Program-made: the position numbers and the translations under genes
Notes under the pieces: generated by a model
The model's input: only the letters and a program-made list of their open reading frames with translations
Told to the model about the DNA's origin: nothing
Database searches by the model: none
Source of the DNA: Octopus sinensis
Taxonomy: Eukaryota
Direction of reading: 5' to 3'
Assembly: GCF_006345805.1 (NCBI RefSeq)
Contig: NC_043011.1
Location: 29,586,464-29,650,463, forward strand
DNA length: 64,000 nucleotides
Shown: positions 13,370 to 24,642 of the stretch, in pieces
Numbering within the stretch: position 1 is the first letter of the stretch
Layout: each line of letters starts with the position of its first letter

Positions 13370-13715
13370 GTATATATCTATGTGTGTGTGTGTCTTTGTG
13401 TCTGTATTTGTCCCCCACCACCACTTGACAACCATGGGAATGAGAACCCAGGTTCGAAATTTCCCCAAGACACTTGATGAAGGCTGAAGAGTATATCAGC
13501 CGAAACGGATTAACAACAAACAAAATGAGGACAAATATCTGTCAAATGTAAATAATGTAAATAATGGTGGTGGTGTGTTTATTTCCCTATAATTTAGCGG
13601 TCTAGCAAAGTAGACCGACAGAATAAGTACTAGGCTTCAAAAAGATAATAAGTCCTTCAAGATGGTGGCCCACCATGGCTGCAGTCAAATGACTGAAACT
13701 AGTAAAAGATAAAAG
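13370..13715 (+). mobile_element. 3' half of SINE A, interrupted by a hammerhead-element fragment at 13436-13565
   Basis: 'cttgacaacca' and 'tggtgtgtttat' are adjacent in other A copies and are split here. Confidence 0.75.
13436..13565 (+). mobile_element. Hammerhead-SINE 3' fragment (core C3 mutated to T)
   Basis: GACAC-TTGATGA-A-GGCTG-loop-CAGCC-GAAAC; matches 20564-20746 (-) and 35931-36104 (+). Confidence 0.8.
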
Positions 13716-14167
13716 AAAGCTAACCATAAATTTTGTCTATTACAAACCATTCTTAAGATTCATGAAGACTGCAGGTATTGTATCTATCTTCTTACATTTT
13801 AACATAATTACAGTTCCAGGCTTATCAACATTTACTGTTCTTTATTTCCATTTTAGCATTTCAAGATATTGAAATATTACTCTATATCCCCAGGTAATAC
13901 TACACTAATTATTATATTTGTCATCTTGTCCACAGTTTCTTGCAAGCTTCTACTGTTTCACTTAGCTGCCTTTCACTGTTCCTAAGATGTGTGCAACTGT
14001 GTCATTGTGAAAGTGAAAGCTGGTGTTAGTACAACACATCTGCTTCACTTTCACGTAGGAGTTGCTTCATAACTGGCAAAGTGGCTGAGTTGTTAGAACA
14101 TAGAACAAATTACAGTGTAATATTTGTTCTAAATCTCTGTGCTTTGAGTTCAAATCTCACAGAGGGC

Positions 14168-14480
14168 ATTGTTCATTTAATGTCCACTTTCCATGCTAGC
14201 ATGAGTTGGACGATTTGACTGAGGACTGGCAAACCAGATGGCTGCACCAGGCTCCAATCTTGATCTGGCAGAGTTTCTACAGCTGGATGCCCTTCCTAAC
14301 ACCAACCACTCTGAGAGTGTAGTGGGTGCTTTTATGTGCCACTGGCACGAGGGCCAGTCAGGCAGTACTGGCAATGGCCATGCTCAAATGGATTTTTATT
14401 ATCTGCCACCTGCACAGGAGCCAGTCCACCAGCACTGGCAACGATCTCTCTTGAATGTTTTTTCATGTGACACCAGCACA
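14168..14480 (-). mobile_element. Family F repeat (RTE 3' UTR-derived)
   Basis: Matches 44880-45067, including the 'ccatgctagcatggaaag...gacgttaaa' tail. Confidence 0.75.
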
Positions 14481-14485
14481 ATATA

Positions 14486-14549
<64 letters not shown>

Positions 14550-14593
14550 CATCATCATCATCATCATCACTGTAATTTACTTTTAGCTGCATG

Positions 14594-14950
14594 TTTTCTT
14601 CAGGTCAAGTAGCCCATCCTGTTCAAAAAGTCTCTGAATGAGGGTTGTTTAAGGATGACAAACAAAACACCCATATTTTCAGAGGTGAATTATTCAAACC
14701 CCAAAGATTTCCTTTCAACATACGGCTATGATGCTCCCCCACTACTTCTGCTCATGATCAGAGATACACATATCGTCAGCCACTAAGGGACATGCTCATC
14801 TGGTTAAGGTCAAGCAACTGACAAGCAAATCTGTGGTATTGAGCAGAATATTTGTTGTAGCCCATCTTTTATACCAAGACAAAATATATACATGATAACA
14901 CTTCCAATCAGTTAAGATCAGAAGCCATGAGAGTCAATGCCTGGTACTGC
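14594..14950 (-). mobile_element. Element E, partial
   Basis: Matches 728-1090. Confidence 0.75.
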
Positions 14951-15445
14951 TAGTATTATCATTATTACCGCTGTCTTAGCGAAGGCAGAGGTATTATGAT
15001 AAGCTCCACTCAGATAAGTATGGAGATCATTTAAAACGACTAACAATCCTCTTCTTCTTCTGCTTCCTCCTCTTTCTCCTCCTCCTCACCATCATCATCA
15101 TCATCATCATCATCATCATGAACCTCATTGTCACCATCATCATCATCATTAACATCACCATCATCATTAACATCACCATCATTGACAACAACACCATCAC
15201 TCTCAATACTGCTAACATCATCCTCATCATGACCATGACCACCACCATAATCACCACCACCACCACCAGCACCGCCACCACTACCACCAGCACCACTACT
15301 ATCCTCCTTCTCCTCCTTATCATCATCATCATCATTATTGTCGTCATCAACAACTACAACAGCAACAACATTTAGTGTTCTCTTACACATGGTGTAGAAT
15401 CAATCCAACAAAAACAACATCGAGATAACAACTCAATCATTGCAT

Positions 15446-15490
<45 letters not shown>

Positions 15491-16011
15491 TATCTCTCGC
15501 TCCCATAAAAAAAAAAACCTTAGCAAATAATAATCTTTTCTTTGCTTGGACACATAAAAAAGGTTTGTACAATTACAACACAGCAGAAGGCTGTGTATCA
15601 AGTCAGTCGATGGATTTCGCAAAGATGGATTAATACAAGGGTTAGCCAGAGTGACTCAGGGACAGATGAAGAGTTTTAAACAAACAGATCAAGTGATAAG
15701 GTAATTATTGTTGGAAAGAAAACAAATTAGTGATTCGGCTTAATTATAAATTAAGATAATGATGAAAGGTTTGGAGAAACTAGCATGGAGTAATGAACGG
15801 AAAAGTCAGGTTGAACTTAGAGAAATCAATGGGGAATTCTGCTGGCAGGTAAATAGTATTGTGCACATATATATATATAGAGATGTGTATGTGTGTGTGT
15901 GTACAAGTAATATATGTGTGTGTGTGTGTGTGTTTATCTATCTATATATATATTTATAGATAGATTTGTGTGTGAGTATATGTGTGTGTGTGTGTGTGTA
16001 TTTATATATAT

Positions 16012-16180
16012 ACTCTTTTACTTGTTTCAGTCATTTGACTGTGGCCATGCTGGAGCACTGCTTTTTTAGTCGAGCAAATCGCCCCCCAGGACTTATTCTT
16101 TGTAAGCCTAGTACTTATTCTAACAGTCCTTTTTGCTGAACCGCTAAGTTACAGGGATGTAAACACATCAGCATCGGTTG
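16012..16180 (-). mobile_element. SINE A 3' part
   Basis: Tail and 3' body match other A copies. Confidence 0.75.
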
Positions 16181-16184
16181 TATG

Positions 16185-16218
<34 letters not shown>

Positions 16219-16469
16219 TACATATATATATATGTGTGTGTATGTAGATACATATATATATATATAAGTAGATAAATGAATTATCTTATTACGGATAATT
16301 CAAATGATAACTGATACCTGCGTAGCAAAAATCACAACAGAAAAAGCACGGTTGAGGTTACGACCATGGGGCCTAAAATCCGTGCCTTAGTGCGGAAATT
16401 TGAAGTTTTATATATTTAGTGTAGGAAGAAATGGAGCTGAACGAAGATTTAACAAAATTCCTTTTTATT

Positions 16470-16555
16470 ATTTTCTACATATGTTTCAAAGGCTGCAAAG
16501 TCCCTAATTCGGATTGAATAAGGAGTCCATTTTGCAGCCTTCTCTTCAGGAAAAT
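16470..16555 (-). ncRNA. Type I minimal hammerhead ribozyme, core intact
   Basis: ATTTTC-CTGAAGA-GAAGGCTGCAAA...TTTGCAGCCTTT-GAAA-CATATGTA-GAAAAT: 6-bp stem I, 12-bp stem II, palindromic ACATATGT stem III, GUA cleavage triplet. Confidence 0.85.
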
Positions 16556-17148
16556 CCAGGAACTTAATTCTCCAACAAAATGCACAGCAAGCTTTTCGAC
16601 AAACGCTCACGAGGAGCCCATGGAATAAATGGCACAAACTGTCTATCTATATGCGTTGACGCCAGGCTGGGTGAAAGCAGACGAGAAGGTCCGTTGAGAT
16701 AATTCAAGGTCAAAATCCGGTTAGCAGAAGGGGAGTACAGGAAAATCAAAGAGTGTGAATGTATTCTGTATGACTGGTGTTAATATTTGAATTATTTTAA
16801 AAATGAGTGCTAGAGTGTTTGAGTGTGAGAAATTGCTTTCATGTATGTGTGTGTGCGTCTATGTATGTGTGGCAGTGTGTTTCGAAGGCAGCAAGAGAGA
16901 GAGATATAGCAGGTATTAATGGTCAAGCAACAGAAAAGACTGTGTCTGTGTGTTCGTCTGTAACCACTTGATAGAGAGAGGGGGTGTCCACAATGGTCAT
17001 GGCAGGATACAGTGCTGCTGTCAGGGATGTCAGCAGTTCTAGACAACTAGCAGTTCTTATACTAACAGGGAAGGGATATCCCCTTACAAATTTAATTCAA
17101 ATTTTTTTCAATTTTCTTAGGAAATCAAGGGGTTAACTATATTAGACT

Positions 17149-18714
17149 TCATTGGTATGAGAGAAATGTATGCCGTTTCCAGTGGGGGCATCTGAAAGAA
17201 TTTTGCACAATCGAGTTAACAAGGTGCCCTCGGGCGAACAGAATATGAAAGAGTTCTGAGTTACAAAGAGCACAGATTTTTTTGCCCTTATCAAACGGTA
17301 AAGACACCGATAAAATTGACCATTCCAGTCTAAAAGTTGAATTCGCGTTCTTCAAACGCCAGACTAATTTGCTTAGCCCCGTAGCATGTTGCTTTTCCTT
17401 ATCACGGAACGTGGAAAAATGATTCGATATTCTAACAGCCAATTTCGATGATGAAGCTCTGATATAAATGTAGACATCGGAATCAGTATAAACTCTGCAC
17501 TGGTAAATGGCGTTTCTAATCTTGGAGTTACTAGATAAGAACCTTAATCTATTGGGATTGGTTTCCAATATTAATACAGCGTTCTTATTACTATGATGAT
17601 TGTAAAAACTACCGCTGGATTCGATATTATTCACCCCATTATCATTACTATTTAAGGCAATATCACCTGCATATTCCCTGTTACTGTGAATGCTGTGATT
17701 GATAATGTCCGTAATACTACCGTTGTTAAAACCGCTGCTAATATTATTGTTGGGACTCCCTACATTAATGACTAGATCAGTGCTCTTATCCCTATTACCA
17801 TTACTTACTCCTCCTACGTTAATGACGAGATCATTGCTCTTATCCTTATTACTATTACTAACTCCAATGTTGGTATGGAGGTTGCTAATATCTGTGCCAG
17901 TTCTATTATTATTATTATTATTACTGCGCGTTATGTTGGAATTAGATGGAGCAGAGTCTCCGCTCATGGGTGAGAGGGCCTTATTTAGCAGCTTATTGTT
18001 ATGGGAGGAAATTATCTGTGAAAGATTTTTAGTATTGGAGAAGGCTATCCTAACTTTGTGTGAATTTACAGTGGAGTAATATCTCGAATTTCTGGGAAAA
18101 TTTCTGGCAATTGCTTGGTGAAACTGCAACGGTAGGTTAGATCTTATTTGTTTACCAAAGGGAATTACAAACCAAATATAGTTTTTCCTGTTCTTGTACT
18201 GGCTCGGAGAGTCAACTCTAACATTAAGGTGGGTATCTCTGGGTTGAATAATGGGTTTTGCCCTACGATGGCCTCCCCTGGTCCGCAAATTATTTATGTT
18301 ATCTATATTTATGCTAGTTGTACTTGTATCGACATTCCTCAGGCTACCATCACTACTTATATTATTTATGTTATTGTAACTTGACTTATCCTGATGATAG
18401 AATGCTGGTTTCGGAAGGGCCGGGTCTATATATGCTACCTTCTTCCTATAACCGGCTTTTGACGGGGCGGCATTATAAAATTCCGCTTTCTGCCTAAAAA
18501 TGTCGACGTTGGCAGATAAATTTGTTAATCTTTGAGAAATATTTTTAACTAAATTGTCTGTTATAGTTTTTGCGTGGTTAGAGAAAACACTGACATACTT
18601 TAGGTTAGTGGAAGGTTTGTGGTAGGGGCAGTAAGAATCACTATGCAGGTTTAGTGTGACATCTAAGAAATTAGCCTTGGTAAGTTCGTTATCAAAAACT
18701 ATGCTCATGCCCAT
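17149..18714 (-). pseudogene. PLE ORF C-terminal part: RT motif E/thumb, linker, GIY-YIG endonuclease (521 aa open)
   Basis: NFLDVTLNL...PYHKP...YVSVFSNH; IWFVIPF...SHNNK; AIY...YIR...R.SNH...T.LS..VW.LK...W; CALCNSE and CPH at the C-terminus; RT YxDD region absent. Confidence 0.9.
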
Positions 18715-18841
18715 CCTAGAGAAGGCTGCAAAATGGACTCATTCAATCCGAATTAGGGACTTTGCAGCTTTTGAAACATATGTAGAAAATAATAAAAAGG
18801 AATTTTGTTAAATCTTCGTTCAGCTCCATTTCTTCCTACAC

Positions 18842-18891
<50 letters not shown>

Positions 18892-18946
18892 TATATACAT
18901 ATATTTATGTATGTGTGTATGTATATATACACACACACACACACAC

Positions 18947-18992
<46 letters not shown>

Positions 18993-19044
18993 ACATATAC
19001 ATATATACACACACATATATATATAGGAATGTATATATATATCT

Positions 19045-19275
19045 AGATGTGTCTTTGTGTCTGCACCTAACCCCCATTACCAACAACTGCTTGATGACCA
19101 ATGATGGTATGTTTATTTCCCCAAAACTTAGAAGTTTGCGCAAAAGAAACTGATAGAGTAAGTATCAGGCTGAAAAAAAAAAAGTCCTGGCATCAGTTTG
19201 TTCAGCTAAAACCCTTTAAGGCGGTGCCCCAGCATGGCCACAGTCAAATGACTAGAACAAGTAAAAGAAAAGAAG
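19045..19275 (+). mobile_element. SINE A 3' part
   Basis: 'ggtgccccagcatggccacagtcaaatgactagaacaagtaaaag' end. Confidence 0.7.
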
Positions 19276-19304
19276 AATATAAAATATATATATAATTTAT
19301 CTCT

Positions 19305-19596
19305 TATCTTTTACCTATCTCAGTTATTTGATTGTGGCCATGCTGGGGCACCACCTTGAAGGGTTTTAGTTGAACATGTTGACTTTAGGACATTTTTTCT
19401 TTTTTTAAGCGTAGTACTTATTCTATCAGCCTCTTTTGCTGAACTGTTAGGTTACAGGGATATAAACACACCAATACCGGTTGTCAAGCGGTGGGTGGGT
19501 GGGACAAACACAGGCCCAAAGACATACACACAGAGATACACATGCGCACACACGTCCACACACACACACACACACACACGCACACACACACACACA

Positions 19597-19627
<31 letters not shown>

Positions 19628-19715
19628 TACAAACTCATATACGATAGGTTTCTTTTAGTCTCTATCTACAAAAACCCAGCCACAAGGCTTTGGTCGGCCT
19701 GAGACTATAGTAGAA
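19305..19715 (-). mobile_element. SINE A lacking head, long internal (CA)n
   Basis: Similarity to 12915-13346. Confidence 0.75.
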
Positions 19716-19859
19716 TATAGTGGATTTTGAATTGGTTGGTTGTTCAACCCTAGGTCAACTTTGATCAAGTAAATCAACACATAATCATCAAAGGCAATCC
19801 AGCTGTGACCTTCCCTTCTAATTCATCCACAGCTATATTATTCTATGTAGCTTCTTTAA

Positions 19860-20461
19860 CCCTTTTAGCATTCAGATTGCTCTGTCACATGCAATGCTTA
19901 TTTATTTACATTGTGAATTAATCGTGCATTATCTTGCAATGGCCCAGTGGTTAAGGCAGCAGACTCGTGGTCATAGAATCGCAGTTTTGATTCCCATACT
20001 GGGCGTTGCAAGTGTTTATTGAGCAAAAACACGTAAAGCTCCATGAGGCTCCGGCAGGGGGTGGTGACGAACCCTAATGTACTCTTTCACCACAACTTTC
20101 TCTCACTCCTTCTTCCTGTTTCTGTTGTACCTGTATTTCAAAGGGCCAGCCTTGTCACACTCTGTGTCACACTGAATCTCCCCAAGAACTATGTTAAGGG
20201 TACATGTGTCTGTGGAGTGCTCAGCCACTTGCACGTTTATTTCATGAGCAGGCTGTTCCGTTGATTGGATCAACTGGAACCCTCATCGTAGTAACCGATG
20301 GGGTGCCAGAAAAAATCTTGTAACTATGAGAATTCAATGATGTGGTTGTTAATTTTTAGAATGATATTGTATGGTAGGTGTGAGAGGCTGGGCCTGGCCA
20401 GTTTGAAGATAAAACATGAATAATATTTCGGCTGGATATGGCTGATTAAAATGCTAAAGGG
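19860..20461. mobile_element. piggyBac-like MITE interrupted by a SINE D
   Basis: TTAA on both flanks; TIRs CCCTTTTAGCATT / AATGCTAAAGGG; uninterrupted relative at 49395-49620. Confidence 0.8.
19937..20314 (+). mobile_element. SINE family D, full length
   Basis: tRNA-like head; ATCTTG on both flanks (19931-19936, 20315-20320). Confidence 0.85.
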
Positions 20462-20563
20462 TTAAGACAACAGTGCGTTTGATTTTAGAGATTTTTGTCT
20501 GCTATTTATAGCAAGCTGAGTGACTATGTAGGAGTTCCCTTATCTCATAACTAACTCAAAGTT

Positions 20564-20744
20564 CAGTTCTATATTTAAAAGATGAGGAATTATGTACATT
20601 ATTTACATTATTTACATTCAACAGATATTTGTCCTCATCTTGTTTGTTGTTAACACAATGTTTCAGCTGATATACCCTCCAGCCTTCTTCAGGTGTCTTG
20701 GGGAAATTTCGAACCTGGGTTCTCATTCCTAAGGTCTTTTTCGA

Positions 20745-20802
<58 letters not shown>

Positions 20803-20929
20803 GTTGTTATCATCATCATCATCATCATTATTATTATTATTGTTGTTGTTGTTCAGGTCACTGCTTGGAATTGAACTTGGAATCTCAGGGTCAGTAGCCT
20901 GCACTCTTAACCACTATGCTATATGCCCA
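20564..20929 (-). mobile_element. tRNA-headed SINE-like element with internal (AAT)n and hammerhead motif
   Basis: Minus strand: GGGCATA-TAGCATAGTGG (A box)-TTAAG...AAGTTCAATTCC (B box)...TGACCTGAAC, then microsatellite 20747-20852, HHR and 3' end ...AAATATAGAACTG. Confidence 0.8.
20652..20697 (-). ncRNA. Minimal hammerhead motif (stem III G to A change)
   Basis: GACAC-CTGAAGA-A-GGCTG-GAGGGTATAT-CAGCT-GAAA-CATT-GTGTT. Confidence 0.7.
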
Positions 20930-21000
20930 TGGGCATATGGCGTAGTGGTTAACAAGAAACAAGATGAGGACAAATATCCGTCTTTTGTAAATAATGTAAC
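20930..21000 (+). mobile_element. Head-to-head, internally deleted second copy of the hammerhead-SINE
   Basis: Head TGGGCATATGGCGTAGTGGTTAA joins directly to post-ribozyme tail 'caagaaacaagatgaggacaaatatcc'. Confidence 0.75.
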
Positions 21001-21764
21001 TCAAAGTTGTTGTTGTTGCTGTTATCGTTTAGTGCCAGGCTAACCCTGATCAAGCTGATCTGCGATCAAAGTGATTTTATCTAATTTGTTTCCTATGTTC
21101 AAGGAACTCAAGACCATACTATCGCCCACAATATCTTCTTTTCTAAGATAGCAGAGGTTGGTATGATTTAAGAGAGATTTGGCTGTTATTTTTAGTAGTT
21201 GCTGAGCAACCATACACAGATTCTTCCCGCGTTGGTTCATTATAAACAGGCTTCTGTTAGAAGTGAAAGGTGAAATAAACAAACTACAAAACATTGTAGG
21301 TGAAGTAAAAAAAAAAAAAAGAAAATGGAAAAGCAACAGGTATGAATGATTTGCATTAAATTTCACATACGAGATACAAACCAAATTAATGAAGCATGAA
21401 TACAGGTGAATGAAAAACAAAAACAACAACTAAAAAACGGAATCATAGAAAAAGGAGTCTAAAATGGAGGATATTCCAATAGTTGAGGTAGGGGCATGAC
21501 AGGGGAAAGGAAAATCAAAATAGGAAAAAAAAACAAATATCCAAGTTCTGCCTGTGATTCCTTTAAAATATTTTGTTTGTAGTAGTACATGCGTGATACT
21601 AGAGCAGCAGTGAATGATTCCTTTTGTCATATCCATATAACTTCAACTAGTAGCAAAAATTTCCTGTCTAACCTTTGATTTGGTTTGGATTTCGTATTTT
21701 AAGGAAGCTGACAGTTCATTAAAATGGAAATTACCAATGAAGAATTTCAATTAAAAACATATAT

Positions 21765-21786
21765 ATACACACATATCATACACATA

Positions 21787-21832
<46 letters not shown>

Positions 21833-21860
21833 ATATATATAAATATGTATATATATATAT

Positions 21861-21911
<51 letters not shown>

Positions 21912-22790
21912 TATGTGTATGATATGTATGTATATATATATATATAGATATATATATATGTACATATATGTATGTGTATATATATATATGATTGTATATA
22001 TATATATATATGATATTTAAAAAAATGAAAGAAAAATATGAGAATGAATGAAAGGCAGTCACAGACGAACAGACAAACGGACAAGGAGTAGAAATACAAA
22101 ATCTTAATGTCAAAAGATAAAATTAGAAATGAAATGAATGGAAATGAAAGATTGTAGTACTGATGGGGAAGGAGAGGTGAAGAAATTTCTAAGCTAATGG
22201 GTACAGAATCATTAATGACTTTTTCTCTTGCAGTAGATGATGGTTGTGATGGGGGTGGGTGAGTAGTATTGATAAACTCCAACCCCCGCTTTTTTTATGA
22301 TTTAAGATGTAAATACTTTAGTGGGGGGGGGGCGGTTTGTTTTGCTTGTCTGTTGGTTGGTTTCTTATTTTATTTGTTGTCTGTGTTTGTGTGTGTATGA
22401 ATGTATGAAGGCATATGTATTGACATGTGTGGTGTGTATATGCATGTGTGTGTGTATGTATGCATGTGTGTTTGTGTGTGTGTGTGTTTGTGTGTGTCAG
22501 TGTTTGTATGTATGTGTGTTTGTTTATATGTGTACTTGTTCATATGTGTCCATATGTGTGATCGTGCATGCATATGTATGCTTGTGTGTGTGTGTATGTG
22601 TGTGCTTGCGTGTGTGTATGTGTGTGTGTTTGTCTGTGCTAGTGTTTGTATGTTTGTGTGTTTGCATGTGTGTGTGTTTGTGTCCGTTTGTTTATGCGTG
22701 TGCATGTTCATATGTGTGCATATGTGTGAGCGTGCATGCATATTTATGTATGTATGTGTGTGTATGTGTGTGTGTGTGTGTGTGTGTTAG
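21765..22790. repeat. (TA)n block (to ~22015) and degenerate (TG)n block (~22380-22790)
   Basis: Read directly. Confidence 0.9.
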
Positions 22791-24024
22791 GTCCTTTTTA
22801 GATACTTGGTTTTTTTTTTGGTCTGTTTATTTTTTACTTCTTGTTTTGTTTTATTCTGCCCCAACCTTCCCCTATATTTCAATTTGTGACATCTAAGGTG
22901 TTGTTACCATTGTTGTTATTGTCGTTGTCGTCGTTGTTGTCATCGTTGTTTTTTTTGTGTCATTTGTTTCATTGTTTAAAGAAGGTTGAGAGGTTCTATA
23001 AATATAAAACATACGTATATATGCAGATGAGATGCGATGAGGTAACATCCAAACACTGAGCTGACGGTAGGAGGCTTCTATCAATGATTTGCACAGCTTG
23101 TAGTGTAGTAACTAGCCTACTGTATTTATTGAGTGCTTCGATATGCATAAATATCAAGAAAGCATAAGTGGAAGAAGTATTTCCAAAGGAGAGACAGAGA
23201 GAGAAAATAAAAGCCAAGAGGTGGGGGGTGAGAGAAAAGAGAAAATGAGAGGCAGAGAGAGAGAGAGAGAGAGAGTTTGCATGTGAGATGCATACAGATG
23301 CATGCAGATAGAGAGAGATGAAATAAGATGAGACAAAGAAGATGCTAAGATGCAGCAAATGCAAGAACTACAGTGAGGTTGAGATTTTTTTTTTATATAT
23401 ATATTTTCCTCTCCAATCTTCTCTGCACTAGACATAGTATGGCTGTATTATTGATGTATTGGAAAATAGAACGCTAATTAAATATGCATTCTGTTGGGAT
23501 TTTTAATTGGGTGAAGGACAAAAAGAGAAAGAGACAGTGTGTGTGTGTGTGAGACAGAGAGAGAGAGAGAGAGAGAAAGAGAGTGAGAGAGATGGAAATG
23601 GAAAGAAGGAGAAAGAGAGAGATTCAATGAAAATGGTTGTTGTTGGCGTCTATTTAGCACAAGGATAGCAAACCTATGATTAAAACTGCTTTAACTTTGA
23701 CCATTCCATCATTTTACTAGAAACAAAGAACTTGGAACCATATTATCTAGCATGGCCCTCTCTTCTAAGACATTAGGGTTTGATTTCTAGGAGATTTGAC
23801 TAGTATTTCTGGGAAGATGATAGTGATCATATAAAATAGCTTTTTCCCGACCAAGGACTCCCAGAACACAGGAGGTCTATAAGAGGTTACCAGGGATCAC
23901 GTAAGAAATAGACTAATTTACATTAGAGCATTTTTGAGTGATTTTTATGTTTAATTCCATATTAGAAATTCTTTTATAAACATGCAGGTGAAATATAACC
24001 TTGCTTGAAAACAGCTAAGGGTCA

Positions 24025-24112
24025 GTGACAGGAGGGACATCCAGTTGTAGAAAATCTGCCTCAACAATTTCATCCAACACGAGCAAACATGGAAAAGGGG
24101 ACATTAAAAACA

Positions 24113-24144
<32 letters not shown>

Positions 24145-24145
24145 A
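24025..24145 (+). mobile_element. F-related tail with (GAT)n
   Basis: 'gtagaaaatctgcctcaaca...catggaaaaggggacattaaaa(gat)n'; relatives at ~41990-42250 and 62490-62770. Confidence 0.55.
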
Positions 24146-24607
24146 ATGTATTTATGTATTTAGTATCATTGTTGGCTGTGGCAGGATTTGAACTCAGAAT
24201 GCAAGGAGGCAGGGCAAATATTATAAGGGTTGCAAAGAGAATTTCTTTCAATTCTGTCAATCCATAAACCCGGTTAGGTTCTTTTTTTTTGCTTATTTAT
24301 CAACCTCAAAAAGATGGGAAGCAAATTGAGAACAGTAGGATTTGAACTCAAAGACTAAAGATTCAAATCACGTACCACAAAACATTAAATTTGACATCTT
24401 GTTGACTCTACTAATTCACCATCTAAATCATTTATCTTTTACCCTTTCATTTTTATTCTTTTCAGTCAATTGACTGCAGCCATACTGGATCTCTTTTTTC
24501 AAACCACCAAGTTACAGGATGTAAACACACCAACACCGGTTGTCAAATGGTGGTAAGGAACAAACACAGGCACATGCACACACATACACCCACACATGCA
24601 CCCCCAC

Positions 24608-24642
<35 letters not shown>

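Larger units (their letters stand above)
16267..18851 (-). mobile_element. 5'-truncated Penelope-like element with 3' pseudo-LTR and inverted 5' pseudo-LTR segment, flanked by (TA)n
   Basis: RT-end plus GIY-YIG ORF; 18718-18851 is the reverse complement of 16409-16545 with few changes; hammerhead in the repeat. Confidence 0.9.

Noticed and set aside
14238-14612. 124-aa ORF MAAPGSNLDLAEF... and the similar ORF at 44643-45017
   Set aside because: Reading frames through the family F / RTE 3' UTR repeat plus microsatellite
16012-19275. SINE A halves in inverted orientation on both sides of the PLE, suggesting a larger composite
   Set aside because: The two halves are clearly diverged from each other, consistent with independent insertions
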